Part shown: positions 37,207 through 49,096 of the stretch, one piece after another
Layout of the letters: every line of letters starts with the position of its first letter
Numbering within the stretch: the stretch's first letter is position 1
Source of the DNA: a virus
Reading direction: 5' to 3' (one strand)
Length of the DNA stretch: 64,000 bases
Virus record (IMG/VR): IMGVR_UViG_3300036818_000107
Location: 3,139 to 67,138 of that record
The notes under the pieces: generated by a model
Databases searched by the model: none
The model's input: the letters and a program-made list of their open reading frames with translations, nothing else
Told to the model about the DNA's origin: nothing
Program-made: the position numbers and the translations under genes

Positions 37207-37378
37207 AGTTGGCTGGTTTGAGGCCCTAGCATACCTATACGTCTTTTAACGAAATGACATATTTTCGGGCTGATTTTCAGGTGGCAACCACACCCACAAA
37301 AGCGTGCGATTCACACCACACGGCACTCTGTTGAAAGAATAGCATCCTCAGTGTAGCAGGTGCGTCAATCTTTGCGAT

Positions 37379-37570
37379 CTACCCATATTTATCTGTCAGT
37401 TTACCTGTGAGATGATGGTATTTCCATATAGTACGCTCTATCTCTTTGATCTTGGTTTGCTGCTCATTGTAGAAGGGAAGGCATGTTTCGCAGATACTCA
37501 GCTCCATTTTCTGATGAGGGACCTGTATATCATGCGCTAGGGCTCCACAGATAGTACAGAAAAGTTTCAA
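37379..37570 (-). CDS. Small zinc-finger protein
   Basis: CTIC..CETC; GGGGAA RBS. Confidence 0.55.
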   Translation of the reverse strand: MKLFCTICGALAHDIQVPHQKMELSICETCLPFYNEQQTKIKEIERTIWKYHHLTGKLTDKYG

Positions 37571-37727
37571 CTTATTCCCCCTTTCTTTCGCTCATTCTCT
37601 AAATCCACAAACATCCCCTTAATCTCTTTCATCCTCTGCTTGTGCTCTAGGTGTCTTGTCACCATCCTGTATGTGAACAGGATAGCTGTGAGGGCTCCAA
37701 GCAACCAGAGGACTCCATTAGGCCACA

Positions 37728-37952
37728 TCAGCTATTCCTCCTTCCTTTCTGTCTTATCACACACGCCTCTATATCCTCACGATTATACATAAGACGATTA
37801 TTTAGCCATTCTGTCCGTATTGGCTGTTTTTTGCTTTTTGACAAGAGTCGAACGTAATCCACAGATATCGGGCGACCCATTTTCTGACTAAGCATTTGAG
37901 ATGCATCCCGTGCAGATATATAGTCTGCAAGAGGAACTATTTTTTTAGGCAT
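37728..37952 (-). CDS. Xis/MerR-like HTH regulator
   Basis: YISARDASQML; paralog of 350..628. Confidence 0.7.
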   Translation of the reverse strand: MPKKIVPLADYISARDASQMLSQKMGRPISVDYVRLLSKSKKQPIRTEWLNNRLMYNREDIEACVIRQKGRRNS

Positions 37953-38002
37953 ACACAGGCCTCCAGAGCTATAGTTGTGCGTATCTAGTATATCACAACG
38001 GA

Positions 38003-38140
38003 GTTATCGTCTAGACGATAACAAGGGCCTGATGATATATCGTCTAGACGATAAAAATAGGGAAATAGCTACCGATACTTAAAACATGTCAGTATTTATC
38101 TATAGTGTAGTGATTTGTACTAATACTATAATCACTACAC
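38003..38140. promoter_or_regulatory. Palindromic operators
   Basis: GTTATCGTCTAGACGATAAC at 38003-38022, TATCGTCTAGACGATA at 38038-38053, inverted repeat at 38105-38140. Confidence 0.75.
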
Positions 38141-38333
38141 AGTTGACTAATCCATTAATCGAAGCATTCAAGTCGATGCATCTCTTGCATCCCTTCACTC
38201 ATTCTTGTCCCATTCCCTTAGTAGCATTTCCCGCAACCGATGCGTCCAATACGCAAAGTAGATAGTGCTACCCATGAACAGAAGAATAAGCAGAGATGAT
38301 CCAATAGCTAAAACTACAAAGTCATGTTCACAA

Positions 38334-40620
38334 TCACTCATTCATTCCCTCTTCATCACATAAAATCACGCATTCAATATAGTAGAAGATCTCATCAGCA
38401 TATTGAGGGAAACGACATATCCATCTCACAATCGTGTCATACACCGGATTGTCCTCAAAGTCTGCCATGCTCTCGTTGAGCACGTCTTCTAGATCTTCGT
38501 TAAGCCTGAAGCGTTCTACACGTCTTTGAGCTTGGATTAAGCTATCATTCATTCTTTCCTTCTTCCTCTTTCATGCGTTTTAGCCACTTATCATAACACG
38601 TTTTGTGCCTGTTCTTCTTATTAAAGGCATCACGCATGATGTACGTATTAGCAGGGAACCACTGTTTGCAATCAGTACACCAGCCTGGATAGGCACTTAC
38701 TATCAGCATTTCATACGCCATTATATCTAACCCCTTCTATTTGCGTTGAGAGCCAGATTTGAGCCCTCAATAGTTGAGTAAGTAGTTTATCTGTTTGAGC
38801 CGCTGCAAGTCGTCTCTTGCGTTCTACAGCGGCTCAGGATAGTCTTTCTTGGATGCATCGATAATCTCATCCTCACCTTCCTCTTTGACCGTTGCGAGAT
38901 ACTCGAGGTATTCAGGCGACTCGAAGCTATGGCAGACGGTATAGCTCTCGATAGGCCCAAACTTTGCTTGAATAGCTTCCATCAGTTGCTTGAAAGCCTC
39001 GCTCTGGTAGAAATCTTTGCTCATCTCATCTCCTAATGCGCCGGATAGTTGATACCCACCACGTCGGCAACTTCCTGCTCTACTCTCACTCTCACCTCAC
39101 CTTTATCCTTGTGTGCTATATCCCCCTGTTGCGTCTGGGAAGCCTTGAATAGACGCGTCTTGGCATCCTTAATAGCCGCTTGTACCTCTTCAGTCGTAGC
39201 GGCTTCTAGTGCCTCCTGAGTGACAAAGGTGATGACTGCCGTCTGCCTCCTCATCCCGTACCGAGTCGGAACATGTAGCGAGACGATAAAGCGCGGTGCC
39301 CAGCGGCTGAGCAGATTGAGCCCAGCCGACTGGACGAGATCTTCGAACTCTTGCTTCTTCAAAATTCGTCCTCATCATCCTCATAGCTACTCTGCGTCTC
39401 AGAAGAGCCCCCATAGAACTCCCTGGAATTACAGATGTGCTCATACGCGGCGACCACCTGCCCATCAACGATACCCGTGCACACAATCTGGTACACCTCT
39501 TTCACCTTGCTGTCTGACCTGTCAAACATCGAGATGTCCCCTAGAATGACATGCGAGAGTCTCACCAGCTGGTCAGGGTCTTCATCGCCGTCCGCCCAAT
39601 GGTGAGGCAAGTAGACCACCTCCGGTATCCCCTGTACCTGCACGTCTTCTGTAGGTGCCTCATCCCATAATGAGAGTTGTATCATCCTGCTCATTCTTCT
39701 ATCCCTTTAAACAGCATCTCTGCACACGGTAGCGTCTCTTGCTCTATCGTTACAAGAGCGCCTAGTATCTCAGCGTACTCTTCATCGCACCTATCCCCAT
39801 ACACACCTTCAAACAGCTCTTTCAGCTTCTCAGCAAGTGGGCCATTGAGGATTGCCACTATCTCTTTCGTGAGTTGCCTGATGCGCGGCTCTTCTTCCCA
39901 GGTCAGGTCATTCATCCTACTTTGTCTCCTCTCTTCATCGCCCGTTCAATCTCCCCTATCCTTCCTTCTGTTGCCAGCACCGCGTATGCATGCCACCCTT
40001 CCGGGCCACTTCCTATCATCAACGCGCCGTTTACCTGCAATGGCCGATAGTGGTGCTGGTTGCCAAGCTGCATCACTTCTTCAGCATGCACGCTTACCTG
40101 CTCTTGGAGTGCTTTCTTTTTCATGATGCCTCTCCTTTCGCCCAGCTATCCCTGGCTTGAGACTTTGGTTCTATGAAACTCCATATGCACTTGCATCCTA
40201 TCGCCTTTCGTTTGCCGCAAGCAGGACACGCCTCTAGTCCACACCCTTTTCCGTGCAGCCGAAACTCTTCTTGTGCACATGCAGAGCATCTTCCTCTTTT
40301 GAGAATATCGTACGTCTCTTTTCCGACCATAATACGTGCATTTGGGATATTATTGATCCAAACATCCCAATCTGTAAAACTGCTCATCCCACCACCTGCT
40401 CTCTTTCCACCAGCCTCTGCCAGTGCTCTATCCTACTCACCAACTTCTCACGTTGTCCCTCACTCAGCTCTAGCAGGCCTCGTTCCCACCTCACACGGCC
40501 ATAGCGCATATGACACGATGAATCAACAACGAGATGGGCATAGTTCATACTCTGGGCAAACTCAAGGATCTGTTCGTTGGTCATGATGCCACCTTCTTTA
40601 ATATGCATATGCATCTTCAT
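38334..40620 (-). CDS. Run of small coupled hypothetical genes (38334, 38824, 39033, 39359, 39691, 39912, 40121, 40384)
   Basis: Overlapping stop/start codons and GGAG RBSs; nin-like region. Confidence 0.6.
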
Positions 40621-41059
40621 CTGTATGCCCTAGGACAAAGAACGTTATTGTCTCTTTATATCCATCCGTCGCTGTATATTGCTCCATCGCTATTATACGC
40701 CATCCATAACTAAGCAATTGATTTACTCTATAAACTTCACTCTCCTTTGTTACCTTTCTAACGCGTTCTATGAATTCTCTTCTTTGATACCTTTGTTCTA
40801 TTCTAGGCTCTGCTTGATTTGTTTTACAGTGAAAGCGCCCATGGCACTCCTCGCAAAGCGTCGTCAAATCGTTGAGATCTTCATTCCCGCGTCTCTCATA
40901 GGTCCGGTGGTGAACATGCAATTTCCCATCACTGTTACAAGCCCTGCAGTGATAATCATCACGCTCTAGGGCTTGATCTCGCTTTGCTCTCCACTCTGGC
41001 GTCTGTAAGTACTGCTCATATGGCATGGTCCTTAATGCTTGAACACGTTCCTCGTTCAT
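40598..41059 (-). CDS. HNH endonuclease
   Basis: YLQTPEW..RD..CRAC..LHVHH..LCEECH. Confidence 0.88.
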   Translation of the reverse strand: MNEERVQALRTMPYEQYLQTPEWRAKRDQALERDDYHCRACNSDGKLHVHHRTYERRGNEDLNDLTTLCEECHGRFHCKTNQAEPRIEQRYQRREFIERVRKVTKESEVYRVNQLLSYGWRIIAMEQYTATDGYKETITFFVLGHTDEDAYAY

Positions 41060-41073
41060 CGTAAAATCTCCCT

Positions 41074-42399
41074 TCATTCATTTACTATTTCAAGATTGCC
41101 AAACTTTGTCTGCTCAGCAAACCATTTGAGTGTTACTTCTCCTAAAGGTCCGTTACGGTGCTTGGCTATAATCAGATCTGCTAGTCCTTTGCGCTCGGTC
41201 TCAGGATTGTAAGCATCATCTCGGTAGATAAACATCACACAGTCCGCATCATTCTCTATCGAGCCGCTCTCTCTCAAATCTGACAATTGCGGTATCTTGA
41301 TCTGACGGTTCTCTACCTGACGGGATAATTGCGCTCCGGCTAGGACTGGGACATCTAGCTCTTTCGCTAGGTTCTTGAGATCGCGACTAATCTCTCCCAG
41401 CTCTAGCACACGGTTCTCTATCCGCTTGCCCTGCTTGTTGGCAGTGAGCAGTTGCAGGTAGTCGACTACGATGAAGTCAAGACCTTCCTTGGCTTTCATC
41501 TGGCGTGCTCGACTGCGGATCTGAGCTATTGAGAGACCCCCGGTATCATCAATGATGAGTCCACTTTGAGAGATGTCCTCCATAACCTGCATCACTTTCT
41601 CCCAGTCATCCTTCTCAATCCATCCGGTCTGAAGCGCCGTATTGTTCACACCAGACTCACTGGAAATGAGCCTGTACCCCAACTCCTCTTCACTCATCTC
41701 AAGGCTAAAGAAACCGACCTTCTTATCCTGTTTCGCGGCATAATAGGCCATATTGAGCATGGCAGATGTCTTACCCATTCCAGGTCTGCCAGCGATAATG
41801 TAGAGCGCACCCCGACGAAAACCCTTGGTGAGTTTGTCGAGATCGTGAAAGCCACTGGGTACACCCACGATTGACGTTTTGTTCTGGGATACCTCATCGA
41901 GCCGGGTCATACACTTGGACATCACATCAGAGATCAGGCTGTAACTCGAGCGGTTGCGCTTCTGACTGATAGCAAAGACCAGTTCTTCAGCAGTCGCTAG
42001 CGCGTCGTCTGCCGGGTCATTTTGAGCAGAGGCGGCCATGTTACCAGCTGCTAGGATAATGCGCCGTCTGACCGAGGTATCTTCAATGATTTGAGCATAG
42101 CTCTCAGCATTGTTAGTGGTCGGCACCTCGTTGATGAGGGAGGTGAGATAGCTAGCACCGCCTACCTCGTCTAGCTTGTTCTTGCGCTCTAACTCATCAC
42201 AGATGGTGAGATAGTCAGCAGACTCACCGCGACTAACGAGATACTCTATCGCCTCATAGATCGTTCTGTGTGCATCACGGTAAAAGTCACCTGAGTGAAG
42301 GATATCCCCCACTTGGGTATAGACACTGGCGTCAATCACAATACTCCCAAGCAAGGCTTTTTCAGCATCAATATTGTTTGGTATCATGGCGCTTTTCAT
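41074..42399 (-). CDS. dnaB: Replicative DNA helicase
   Basis: AGRPGMGKT, FSLEMS, VDYLQL, LSDLRESGSIE, AKHRNGP. Confidence 0.96.
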   Translation of the reverse strand: MKSAMIPNNIDAEKALLGSIVIDASVYTQVGDILHSGDFYRDAHRTIYEAIEYLVSRGESADYLTICDELERKNKLDEVGGASYLTSLINEVPTTNNAESYAQIIEDTSVRRRIILAAGNMAASAQNDPADDALATAEELVFAISQKRNRSSYSLISDVMSKCMTRLDEVSQNKTSIVGVPSGFHDLDKLTKGFRRGALYIIAGRPGMGKTSAMLNMAYYAAKQDKKVGFFSLEMSEEELGYRLISSESGVNNTALQTGWIEKDDWEKVMQVMEDISQSGLIIDDTGGLSIAQIRSRARQMKAKEGLDFIVVDYLQLLTANKQGKRIENRVLELGEISRDLKNLAKELDVPVLAGAQLSRQVENRQIKIPQLSDLRESGSIENDADCVMFIYRDDAYNPETERKGLADLIIAKHRNGPLGEVTLKWFAEQTKFGNLEIVNE

Positions 42400-43610
42400 A
42401 CATTCGCTCTCTCTTTCCTCAATTTTTCACGCATTGCTTTCAGGCTAAATCCAGGGACGGCTACCAATTCGCCCGACGGCGGTTCTTGAGTGGTCGGTTG
42501 TGGCTCCGGGTCAAAGGTATAGTTGCGCATGCCACTGCCTGAAGATGACTTGGAAGAGTCTTTGGGTTGCTCAGCTTTGCGCTTCTTCTTCTTCCACCCA
42601 TTCAGGTTGTCTGCATTAGCAAGGTTCCCGGGTTTGACCGTTTTGTCATCGAGTCCGGGGTCTTTATCGATCTGCTGCTCTGTGAAGTCGTACAGGCTCT
42701 TCATGTCCTCAAAGCTCTGCACGTGCTCAGAGAGTGTGGCCCAGTGCCCTTTGTTGGTGAGGTTGACCTTGACTGCCATGCCAAGCTGACACCACCATTG
42801 ATGTTGCTGCTTCTCTTGCTCGTCATAGATACCCAAAGGGGCAAGCTTCTCTGTATGACGTTCAATTGATGCGTTTCCTGTAGTCACTGTGGCTATAGGC
42901 AATTGGGTCTCAGGTGGGTTATCCACATCAGAGACGGGTTTATCCACAATAGGTGTGGATAAGTATTTCTCCTGAGCAAAAGAGGATTGAAGGGATGAAT
43001 GCGTGAGGGAATCCGGTTCGATTTTTGTAGAGTCGTTGGCATTCGTACTCTCTTTCGATTCTATGTTAGGTTTCTTAGTAGATTCTATGTTGTGTCTACT
43101 TTTAGACGGGTCCTCGTCTACTTTTAGACGGGTATCGCGTTTACTTTTAGACGGGTCCTCTGAATTATCCCGTCTATTAATAGACGCGTCTACTTTTGGA
43201 CGCGTATGTTTAGGGTCTCTTTCAGGCAGAAGTTTTACTCTACGGTTAAGTTCTTGGCAGTTGAGTCGATACTTATAAGTATCTTTGCCGTACATGCGGT
43301 GCTTTTCGCGGGATAGAAGACTTTCACCTATCAGTTCTTCTAGGCTGTCAATAATGACACATCTGCCAAACATGCCATACATAGCCTCTATCCACTGAGG
43401 ATAGGTCATGTAGATAGCCAGGTCCTCACCTTTGCCGCGTTTGTCATTCGTCCAGCTTTCCATGATGGCTAAGATGAAAGCTTTGCAGTGAGAGGAAGCC
43501 TTGCTCTTATTCTTCTTGTATGAGCAGTTCTGGCAGATATGCAGATACTCTTCTCGAAGCTCGATAAAGTAATAGTTTGCCCTGTGCTCAATGATGCTAT
43601 TGTTGCTCAT
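42396..43610 (-). CDS. Replication initiator 1
   Basis: wHTH-like N-terminus, internal iterons, coupled to dnaB. Confidence 0.8.
   Translation of the reverse strand: MSNNSIIEHRANYYFIELREEYLHICQNCSYKKNKSKASSHCKAFILAIMESWTNDKRGKGEDLAIYMTYPQWIEAMYGMFGRCVIIDSLEELIGESLLSREKHRMYGKDTYKYRLNCQELNRRVKLLPERDPKHTRPKVDASINRRDNSEDPSKSKRDTRLKVDEDPSKSRHNIESTKKPNIESKESTNANDSTKIEPDSLTHSSLQSSFAQEKYLSTPIVDKPVSDVDNPPETQLPIATVTTGNASIERHTEKLAPLGIYDEQEKQQHQWWCQLGMAVKVNLTNKGHWATLSEHVQSFEDMKSLYDFTEQQIDKDPGLDDKTVKPGNLANADNLNGWKKKKRKAEQPKDSSKSSSGSGMRNYTFDPEPQPTTQEPPSGELVAVPGFSLKAMREKLRKERANV
43094..43204. repeat. Iterons (origin 1), GTCTA-N4-TAGACG
   Basis: Copies at 43094, 43116, 43139, about 43172 and 43188. Confidence 0.85.
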
Positions 43611-43799
43611 AGACGCGCTCCATTTCTACTTATCGCTATCCAGCACGTCTATGTACTGCCTTGACCTTTTTGGGAGACAAGGCTATACTAAAAAAGGATA
43701 GCGAGTTCCTAGGGTTGTCCCTCGCGTTCGCCAAAACTCTTAGGGGCAACCTGAATGTCATTAAATCTTTAATTGTCCACTGCCACCCAACGGTGGCTT

Positions 43800-43997
43800 T
43801 TATTTTGCCAGTATCGCCAGTATCCTGTCTTCTGTTAGACTTTCCACCTTCGACACAGGCGCGATATAGCGCCACTCTATCCGGTTGCTCTCTTCTGCTT
43901 TGCGCCGAGCTGCATAGAGATAGAGCTTGCCTTTCCTTCTGGGTTTCTCCTGGGGCGTCCACCCCTGGTCTAGAATGAACTGTTTGACTTGATCCAT
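43800..43997 (-). CDS. Small basic protein
   Basis: Own promoter TTGACA..TAAAAT with TGTTAGGCAACA/TGTTGTCTAACA operator at about 44010-44052. Start codon uncertain. Confidence 0.55.
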   Translation of the reverse strand: MDQVKQFILDQGWTPQEKPRRKGKLYLYAARRKAEESNRIEWRYIAPVSKVESLTEDRILAILAK

Positions 43998-44252
43998 TGT
44001 CATACGTCTCCTTGTTAGACAACATTTTACCATGTTGCCTAACAGGTGTCAAGCGATTTTGTTGAGTGCTCGTAAATCCGTTCATGCTCTATCTCCTGTA
44101 TGCTTCAAAGTAATTGCGTGCTGCAGAACTGATAAACGCTAGGATGTACACCATCTCGATATGTGGATATTCTTCAAGAATGTCGTCAATGGTTTTATTC
44201 ATGCATGCTATGCCAATCATAAGCTGAAGTGTCATTCGGCTGTATTTTCTCT

Positions 44253-44480
44253 TCATGCCATCTCTTCCTTTTGCGCCTTGTACTCAAGATAGAGTTGCTT
44301 TACCTCTGTATACACCTTGCGCTTCTCTTCTTCATCTGTGATATTGTTGTCTTGTATGCGCGTGTGTGCTTCATACCACACTTTGGCACGGTCAACGCCT
44401 TGCAAGTCGTCTATACCGTAACGCTTGTCGCGTTCGGTTATCTCACGGTCTCGTTTGGCGAAGGGGTTTTCTTCTGTCAT
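44253..44480 (-). CDS. Hypothetical protein
   Basis: Coupled ORF. Confidence 0.6.
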   Translation of the reverse strand: MTEENPFAKRDREITERDKRYGIDDLQGVDRAKVWYEAHTRIQDNNITDEEEKRKVYTEVKQLYLEYKAQKEEMA

Positions 44481-44890
44481 GCTGGTTCCTCCTCACGTTG
44501 TGGGATAAAGTGCTGTACCCTCTCAGCACTCAGGTAGATACGTACACGGTCTTCAGCCTCTTCATAGCCGTCAGAGCGTCGTCTGTGGCACGCACGGCAA
44601 CAAGGCACCACGTTGTCATAGGTAAGGCCACCACCGGGACGCACCATCTCTATCACAGAGCACTGATACTCTCTGCAGAAGGCGCATAGCCCTGCATGGT
44701 CGGACAATGTGGACAACCAATGGACAAGAGTGAGTGTGATGGGTACAATGCCTTGACGATGTGCTTGACGGCATGCGCTTTCTACCCTATCGTGCTCTCT
44801 AAGCCTGTCTTTCGAGTAACATTTCTCGCATATCCCGTAGGAGTGTCTAGCTGAGAAGGTGAGGCCACATATGGTACAGGTGGAAGTCAT
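44477..44890 (-). CDS. Zn-finger + degenerate HNH protein
   Basis: CAFC..GG..NVVPCCRAC; lacks the DH dyad. Confidence 0.7.
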   Translation of the reverse strand: MTSTCTICGLTFSARHSYGICEKCYSKDRLREHDRVESACRQAHRQGIVPITLTLVHWLSTLSDHAGLCAFCREYQCSVIEMVRPGGGLTYDNVVPCCRACHRRRSDGYEEAEDRVRIYLSAERVQHFIPQREEEPA

Positions 44891-45330
44891 GCTCCAAGCT
44901 CCTCTATGGGCAAGGTGTCGTTTAACACAGGTAGAAGGCTTTTTGTAAGCGTTAAGCTTCTTATACGATAAAGCCGTGATACATATTCTTTCTCTGTAAG
45001 CTCTTCATTTTCGTAAAAATGTTTATGGGCCTCTTCATTAACGGGAATAACGCGAAAAGCCCAAATATTAGGCCAGTAGATGGGGATGATGAATGGGAGC
45101 GGCCCCTCACTATATCCGTCTGCTAGTAAGGTTATGGCCTTGTATGATGGGTGTCTTAGATCAGGTTTTTGAGCCGTAAACCGTTTGTAGTCTGCAAGCA
45201 GCACGGGTTTCCCTGTGTTGTACTCAACGGCCAGAAAATCAAGATCTACCATTGGGCAATTAAATCCCCAGAGCCTATGACGTTCACTCAGCTCTTTGTC
45301 TCTCCATCCGGTTCGTTCGTTTGCGCTCAT
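44887..45330 (-). CDS. PD-(D/E)XK-like protein
   Basis: VDLDFL..LLADYK; coupled to the methyltransferase. Confidence 0.5.
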   Translation of the reverse strand: MSANERTGWRDKELSERHRLWGFNCPMVDLDFLAVEYNTGKPVLLADYKRFTAQKPDLRHPSYKAITLLADGYSEGPLPFIIPIYWPNIWAFRVIPVNEEAHKHFYENEELTEKEYVSRLYRIRSLTLTKSLLPVLNDTLPIEELGA

Positions 45331-46643
45331 GCTGTCACCCCACTCACCAAAGAGGCTTTTATTTCTTCTATAGTCACAATGCAGGTTTTGTCGATATCGC
45401 ATCCAACAAACTGGCGTTCCATCTCCATAGCAACAATTGCCGTTGTCCCACCACCAACGAATGGGTCACAGATGAGTTGACCAGTCTCGGTAAAGCGTTC
45501 AATGATATCTGCCATTCCGCTTTCAGACTGACCCCACTTGTGAAAGCGTTTATCATTTTGATTGACATCGCTCTTGCAGACATCACCAATCCACTGGCCT
45601 GTATATTCGCCCTTCACATACCACAAAAGTGGTTTCCAGAATGTATTGACATTTCTTTGCCAGAGCTGAGGGGATTGACCTCCTGGTGTGAGATAGCTCA
45701 GCATCCATTGGTAGCTCATCCGTTTACCTAGTTTCTCCATGATTTCAGGTAAGTAGGATTGCCCAACCATCGCAATAAGAGATCCGCCGGGCTTCAATGC
45801 GTAGGCAGCAAACGCGGCTAGATCGTCATAGACAGATAAAAATTCTCGAGGGTATGGTGGATCGGTGATAATATAATCAATGCTCTCTGGCTGTACATAC
45901 TGTGAAAGTTCGGAAACGCTACAATGATAGAGTTGACAGTGCTCTGCTCTGCTCACTGCTTCAAGGTAACGCTGGTGTCTCAATTCCTGCTGTCTTACTG
46001 CTTCCTCTTCTTCTTCCTTTTGCTTACGACGTGCATCTTTATCTTTTTGTTCGTATTTCTTCAGTAGTTTATGTGCTGCGTTAATGCTCTCATCATTCAG
46101 TGTCATTTTTAGGATGTCGCTACGTTCACTAAGTGCCTCATCCATGTACTGGACAATTTCTTTGCCCTTTTCGTAAGTCTTGCCGGAACCTAAACCGACA
46201 CGACGGGCTATAACGTCGCGAACGTCACTATCTGCAACTTCCCGGAAAATTTTCCGGGAAGTTGCATCTTTTTGCTTCCCCTGTCTCTTTTTTGCCTTTT
46301 CCTCTTCTATCGGTTCCCACGTCATTCCCTCTCTAATCTGCTGTTCTGGAGTTTTGCCCCTATTCTCGTTTTCCCGTAAAAGGCGTTCCATCTCAGCTTC
46401 TTCAGAGGCAAACTTCTCTATCACAACGGGAAGCTCTGTATAGCCTAGCCTCTTAGCTGCTTGATAGCGTCTATGACCACTAATAACCATGTACTCAGGA
46501 TTGACGGTAAGCGGCTTAATCCATCCAGACTCTTGAATGCTTTGCTGTAGAGCCGTGATATCCTCATCACCGTAGATCTCGACATTGCGAGGGTGTGGCT
46601 GTAAGAGTGAGATATCAATTTCTTGTGCTAATTCGACTGCCAT
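45327..46643 (-). CDS. ParB-like + HTH + DNA methyltransferase
   Basis: LQPHPRN, ISGHRR, ITDPPY, DPFVGGGT. Confidence 0.9.
   Translation of the reverse strand: MAVELAQEIDISLLQPHPRNVEIYGDEDITALQQSIQESGWIKPLTVNPEYMVISGHRRYQAAKRLGYTELPVVIEKFASEEAEMERLLRENENRGKTPEQQIREGMTWEPIEEEKAKKRQGKQKDATSRKIFREVADSDVRDVIARRVGLGSGKTYEKGKEIVQYMDEALSERSDILKMTLNDESINAAHKLLKKYEQKDKDARRKQKEEEEEAVRQQELRHQRYLEAVSRAEHCQLYHCSVSELSQYVQPESIDYIITDPPYPREFLSVYDDLAAFAAYALKPGGSLIAMVGQSYLPEIMEKLGKRMSYQWMLSYLTPGGQSPQLWQRNVNTFWKPLLWYVKGEYTGQWIGDVCKSDVNQNDKRFHKWGQSESGMADIIERFTETGQLICDPFVGGGTTAIVAMEMERQFVGCDIDKTCIVTIEEIKASLVSGVTA
46233..46266. repeat. Perfect 34-bp palindrome (parS-like)
   Basis: TGCAACTTCCCGGAAAATTTTCCGGGAAGTTGCA. 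Confidence 0.9.
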
Positions 46644-46644
46644 G

Positions 46645-49096
46645 CTAATTTCCTTCTTTCGTGTCTTCTGTTTTACTGCTGTCAATAACCTGTTTTATCT
46701 TGTCCGCTTCCACCACCTTGGGTACACCCAGACTCTTTCTCAGCTCTTGCAAGCTCAGCTCGAAGAGTTGGTCGAGCGTCAAGTGTTGTACCTCTTTTGC
46801 TTCTAATGGTTCATGGATAGTAGCATGTGCCCTCTTCTGTGCATCTTGCTCCTGTATGTTCGATTGGTCGGTCATTTGTCTTCCATCTCCTTTTCAGCTC
46901 TAGATAGGCGAGAAACGCTCTAGCTTCTTGTGTGTAGTTCATGCTTGTCTTACCCATTCGATAAGGTATGCTGCATACAGCGGGTGATATATGCAAAGAT
47001 GCCTAAACCATACTTTATCTGAAACATATACTATTGTTAGGTCTGTGCCTGTTGTGTAGTTCATACTGTTATCTCCTCATCCAAACGGGACAAATGACAG
47101 TGCGTAGCTAAATGCTATAATTGACACAACAAATACGATGATGTGTGCTAGTGCATATATGTCGTGTTTAGTTCTCATGATGTTGCCTCCTGTATTGTTT
47201 GTGGTATCTCAAAATGCAGGTTCATGAAAGTTACTCCGCCTGGCAGGAAGGCCATGATTGCAAGCACACGTGTAAGCCGATTGATCATCTCTTTTGAGTT
47301 GCCTCTGTCCTTCTTCCGATCTGGCGCGTACATCAGGTCCTCACATGGTGGGCCTGCGAGCATATCTCCGTACTGCTTTGCGTAGTCGAGATGTTCCTGG
47401 CTGATGCCACCAATTTTCTTGATGTCATGGATGCGCAGTGGGACGAGTGTCTCGACAAAAAGAGGCATCATCATAAATGCGGTCTCTTCACTCATTTGCA
47501 TCTCCTGGCATCAAATCTTGCATACACAGCTCTCGCTGGTTGCCTATCCTTATCGTGAAAAGAGCCCAGAGTGCCATAGTGCATATCACGCATATAGGCC
47601 AGTATGTGAGCATTGCGCTCACAATGTCGAGTAACCATGCTACTACAACATAATCCGGTATCATAGCATCCACCTGTTCTCATCCTTGTCACGCAGCTCT
47701 CGTTCCTGCTCGACTTGTAGGATGTATGGGAGTAGAGGGATTGCTAGCTTCTGCAATACCAAGAACTCTATGTCTGCTGCTGTTGTGTGGATTGAGGCAA
47801 GCTGTACCATGCGTGCATCTATGGCACGGGCTAGAGCTAGGGACGCTTCTGGACTACAGCACTCTAGTGTAGTGGTGATGTCTGTGGTGTTCATGGCCGC
47901 CAACCCTTCATAGTCTCGCTAGCGCGTCTGTCGTACTGGATGCCGATGTCTGTAGCCTTCATGCCGGGGAACTTGCCCTCGTAGTCCTTAGAGAGTTGCT
48001 CAGCCTCATCAATTAATGCCTGCTGAAACTCTTCCAGTGTGAATACGCCTCTCTCTATGAGCAATCTTGTGAGGACAGAGGAGCCAGCTCGCAAGAGGAC
48101 AGTCGTCGCCCGATGGTCGCATATAGCCTGATAGGTGGGATCATCAGGGGAGAGCACAGAAACGTCATTCATTGGCAATGAAGGGACTTCTTTTTGCTCT
48201 GCTTGGACTCTTTGTTCGAACTCTTCTAGGGTAAAGACGTGCTTATTGAGCAGCAATTGTATGAATGCAGAGTTCTCTGCTGTAAGGAGAATGGTAACCT
48301 CTCTGTGGTCTCGTATGGCATCCCCCTCAGGATTGCCTTTTACACGTGTGCCTAGCTGCCAAGAAGCAAATACACTTCTCCATTTAGTAAGCTTGTTGAG
48401 TGCGTTATAGCATCGCTGTGCTAAGTCGTTTGTGTTATTTTGCATGTCTATCCACCTCTATCAATGTATACTGTTCCCACTTCTCTAGTGTGTCTCGCAT
48501 GAGAAGGCCGTCAACACACATCAAATCTTGCTCTTTCAGCATTTGGCACCACTTGCACGATGCGAAGTGCTTGCTGATCTCGATCTTGATGAGGCTGCAG
48601 AGTCGGGTAGCCTCACCGGGCGTGATACGGTCGTGCTCTGCTGTGGGCTCTGTAGCCTTTGGAGCAGGCAGAGCAGTCGCTTGGAAGGTGACCGTGTAGG
48701 GGGTTGGCTTGCAGTCGTGATAAGAGTCGAGTCGTGATCCGTACACGGGACGGCCACAGTGACGACAATCATGCAGATATTTCATACGGCTACCTCCCGT
48801 GGCGCTAGCTCTACAAAGACAATCCTGTGTCGATTGTGTGTGACCTGCTCGAGTTTGATCAGCTTTGCCTCTTGCAGCTTGGTGAGGTCGGACATCGCGA
48901 CGGGAAAGGCCACCACATCGGCTACGTGCTGCAAGAGGTCGCCTGTGACGATAGAGCAACCGTATCGGATGTATGAGTCACACCATAGGCACTCAGAGGC
49001 TTTGTGGTGCGATTTCAAAGCGTAGTAGAGCTTGCGAGGCTTGAGATTGCTTGGCCCTGGCAGGTGATTGTGCGCAAATCTGGACGATTCACTCAT
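46645..49096 (-). CDS. Run of small hypothetical genes (46645, 47175, 47488, 47661, 47891, 48435, 48782)
   Basis: Coupled ORFs with RBSs. 47891..48445 has an internal duplication (DHRE/AT..LL.A.xS..LL..VFTLEEF twice). Confidence 0.6.

Noticed and set aside
43094-43204. Regularly spaced repeats as a CRISPR array
   Set aside because: Spacers are only 5-6 bp, the repeats lie inside a coding gene, and there are no cas genes; they fit iterons.
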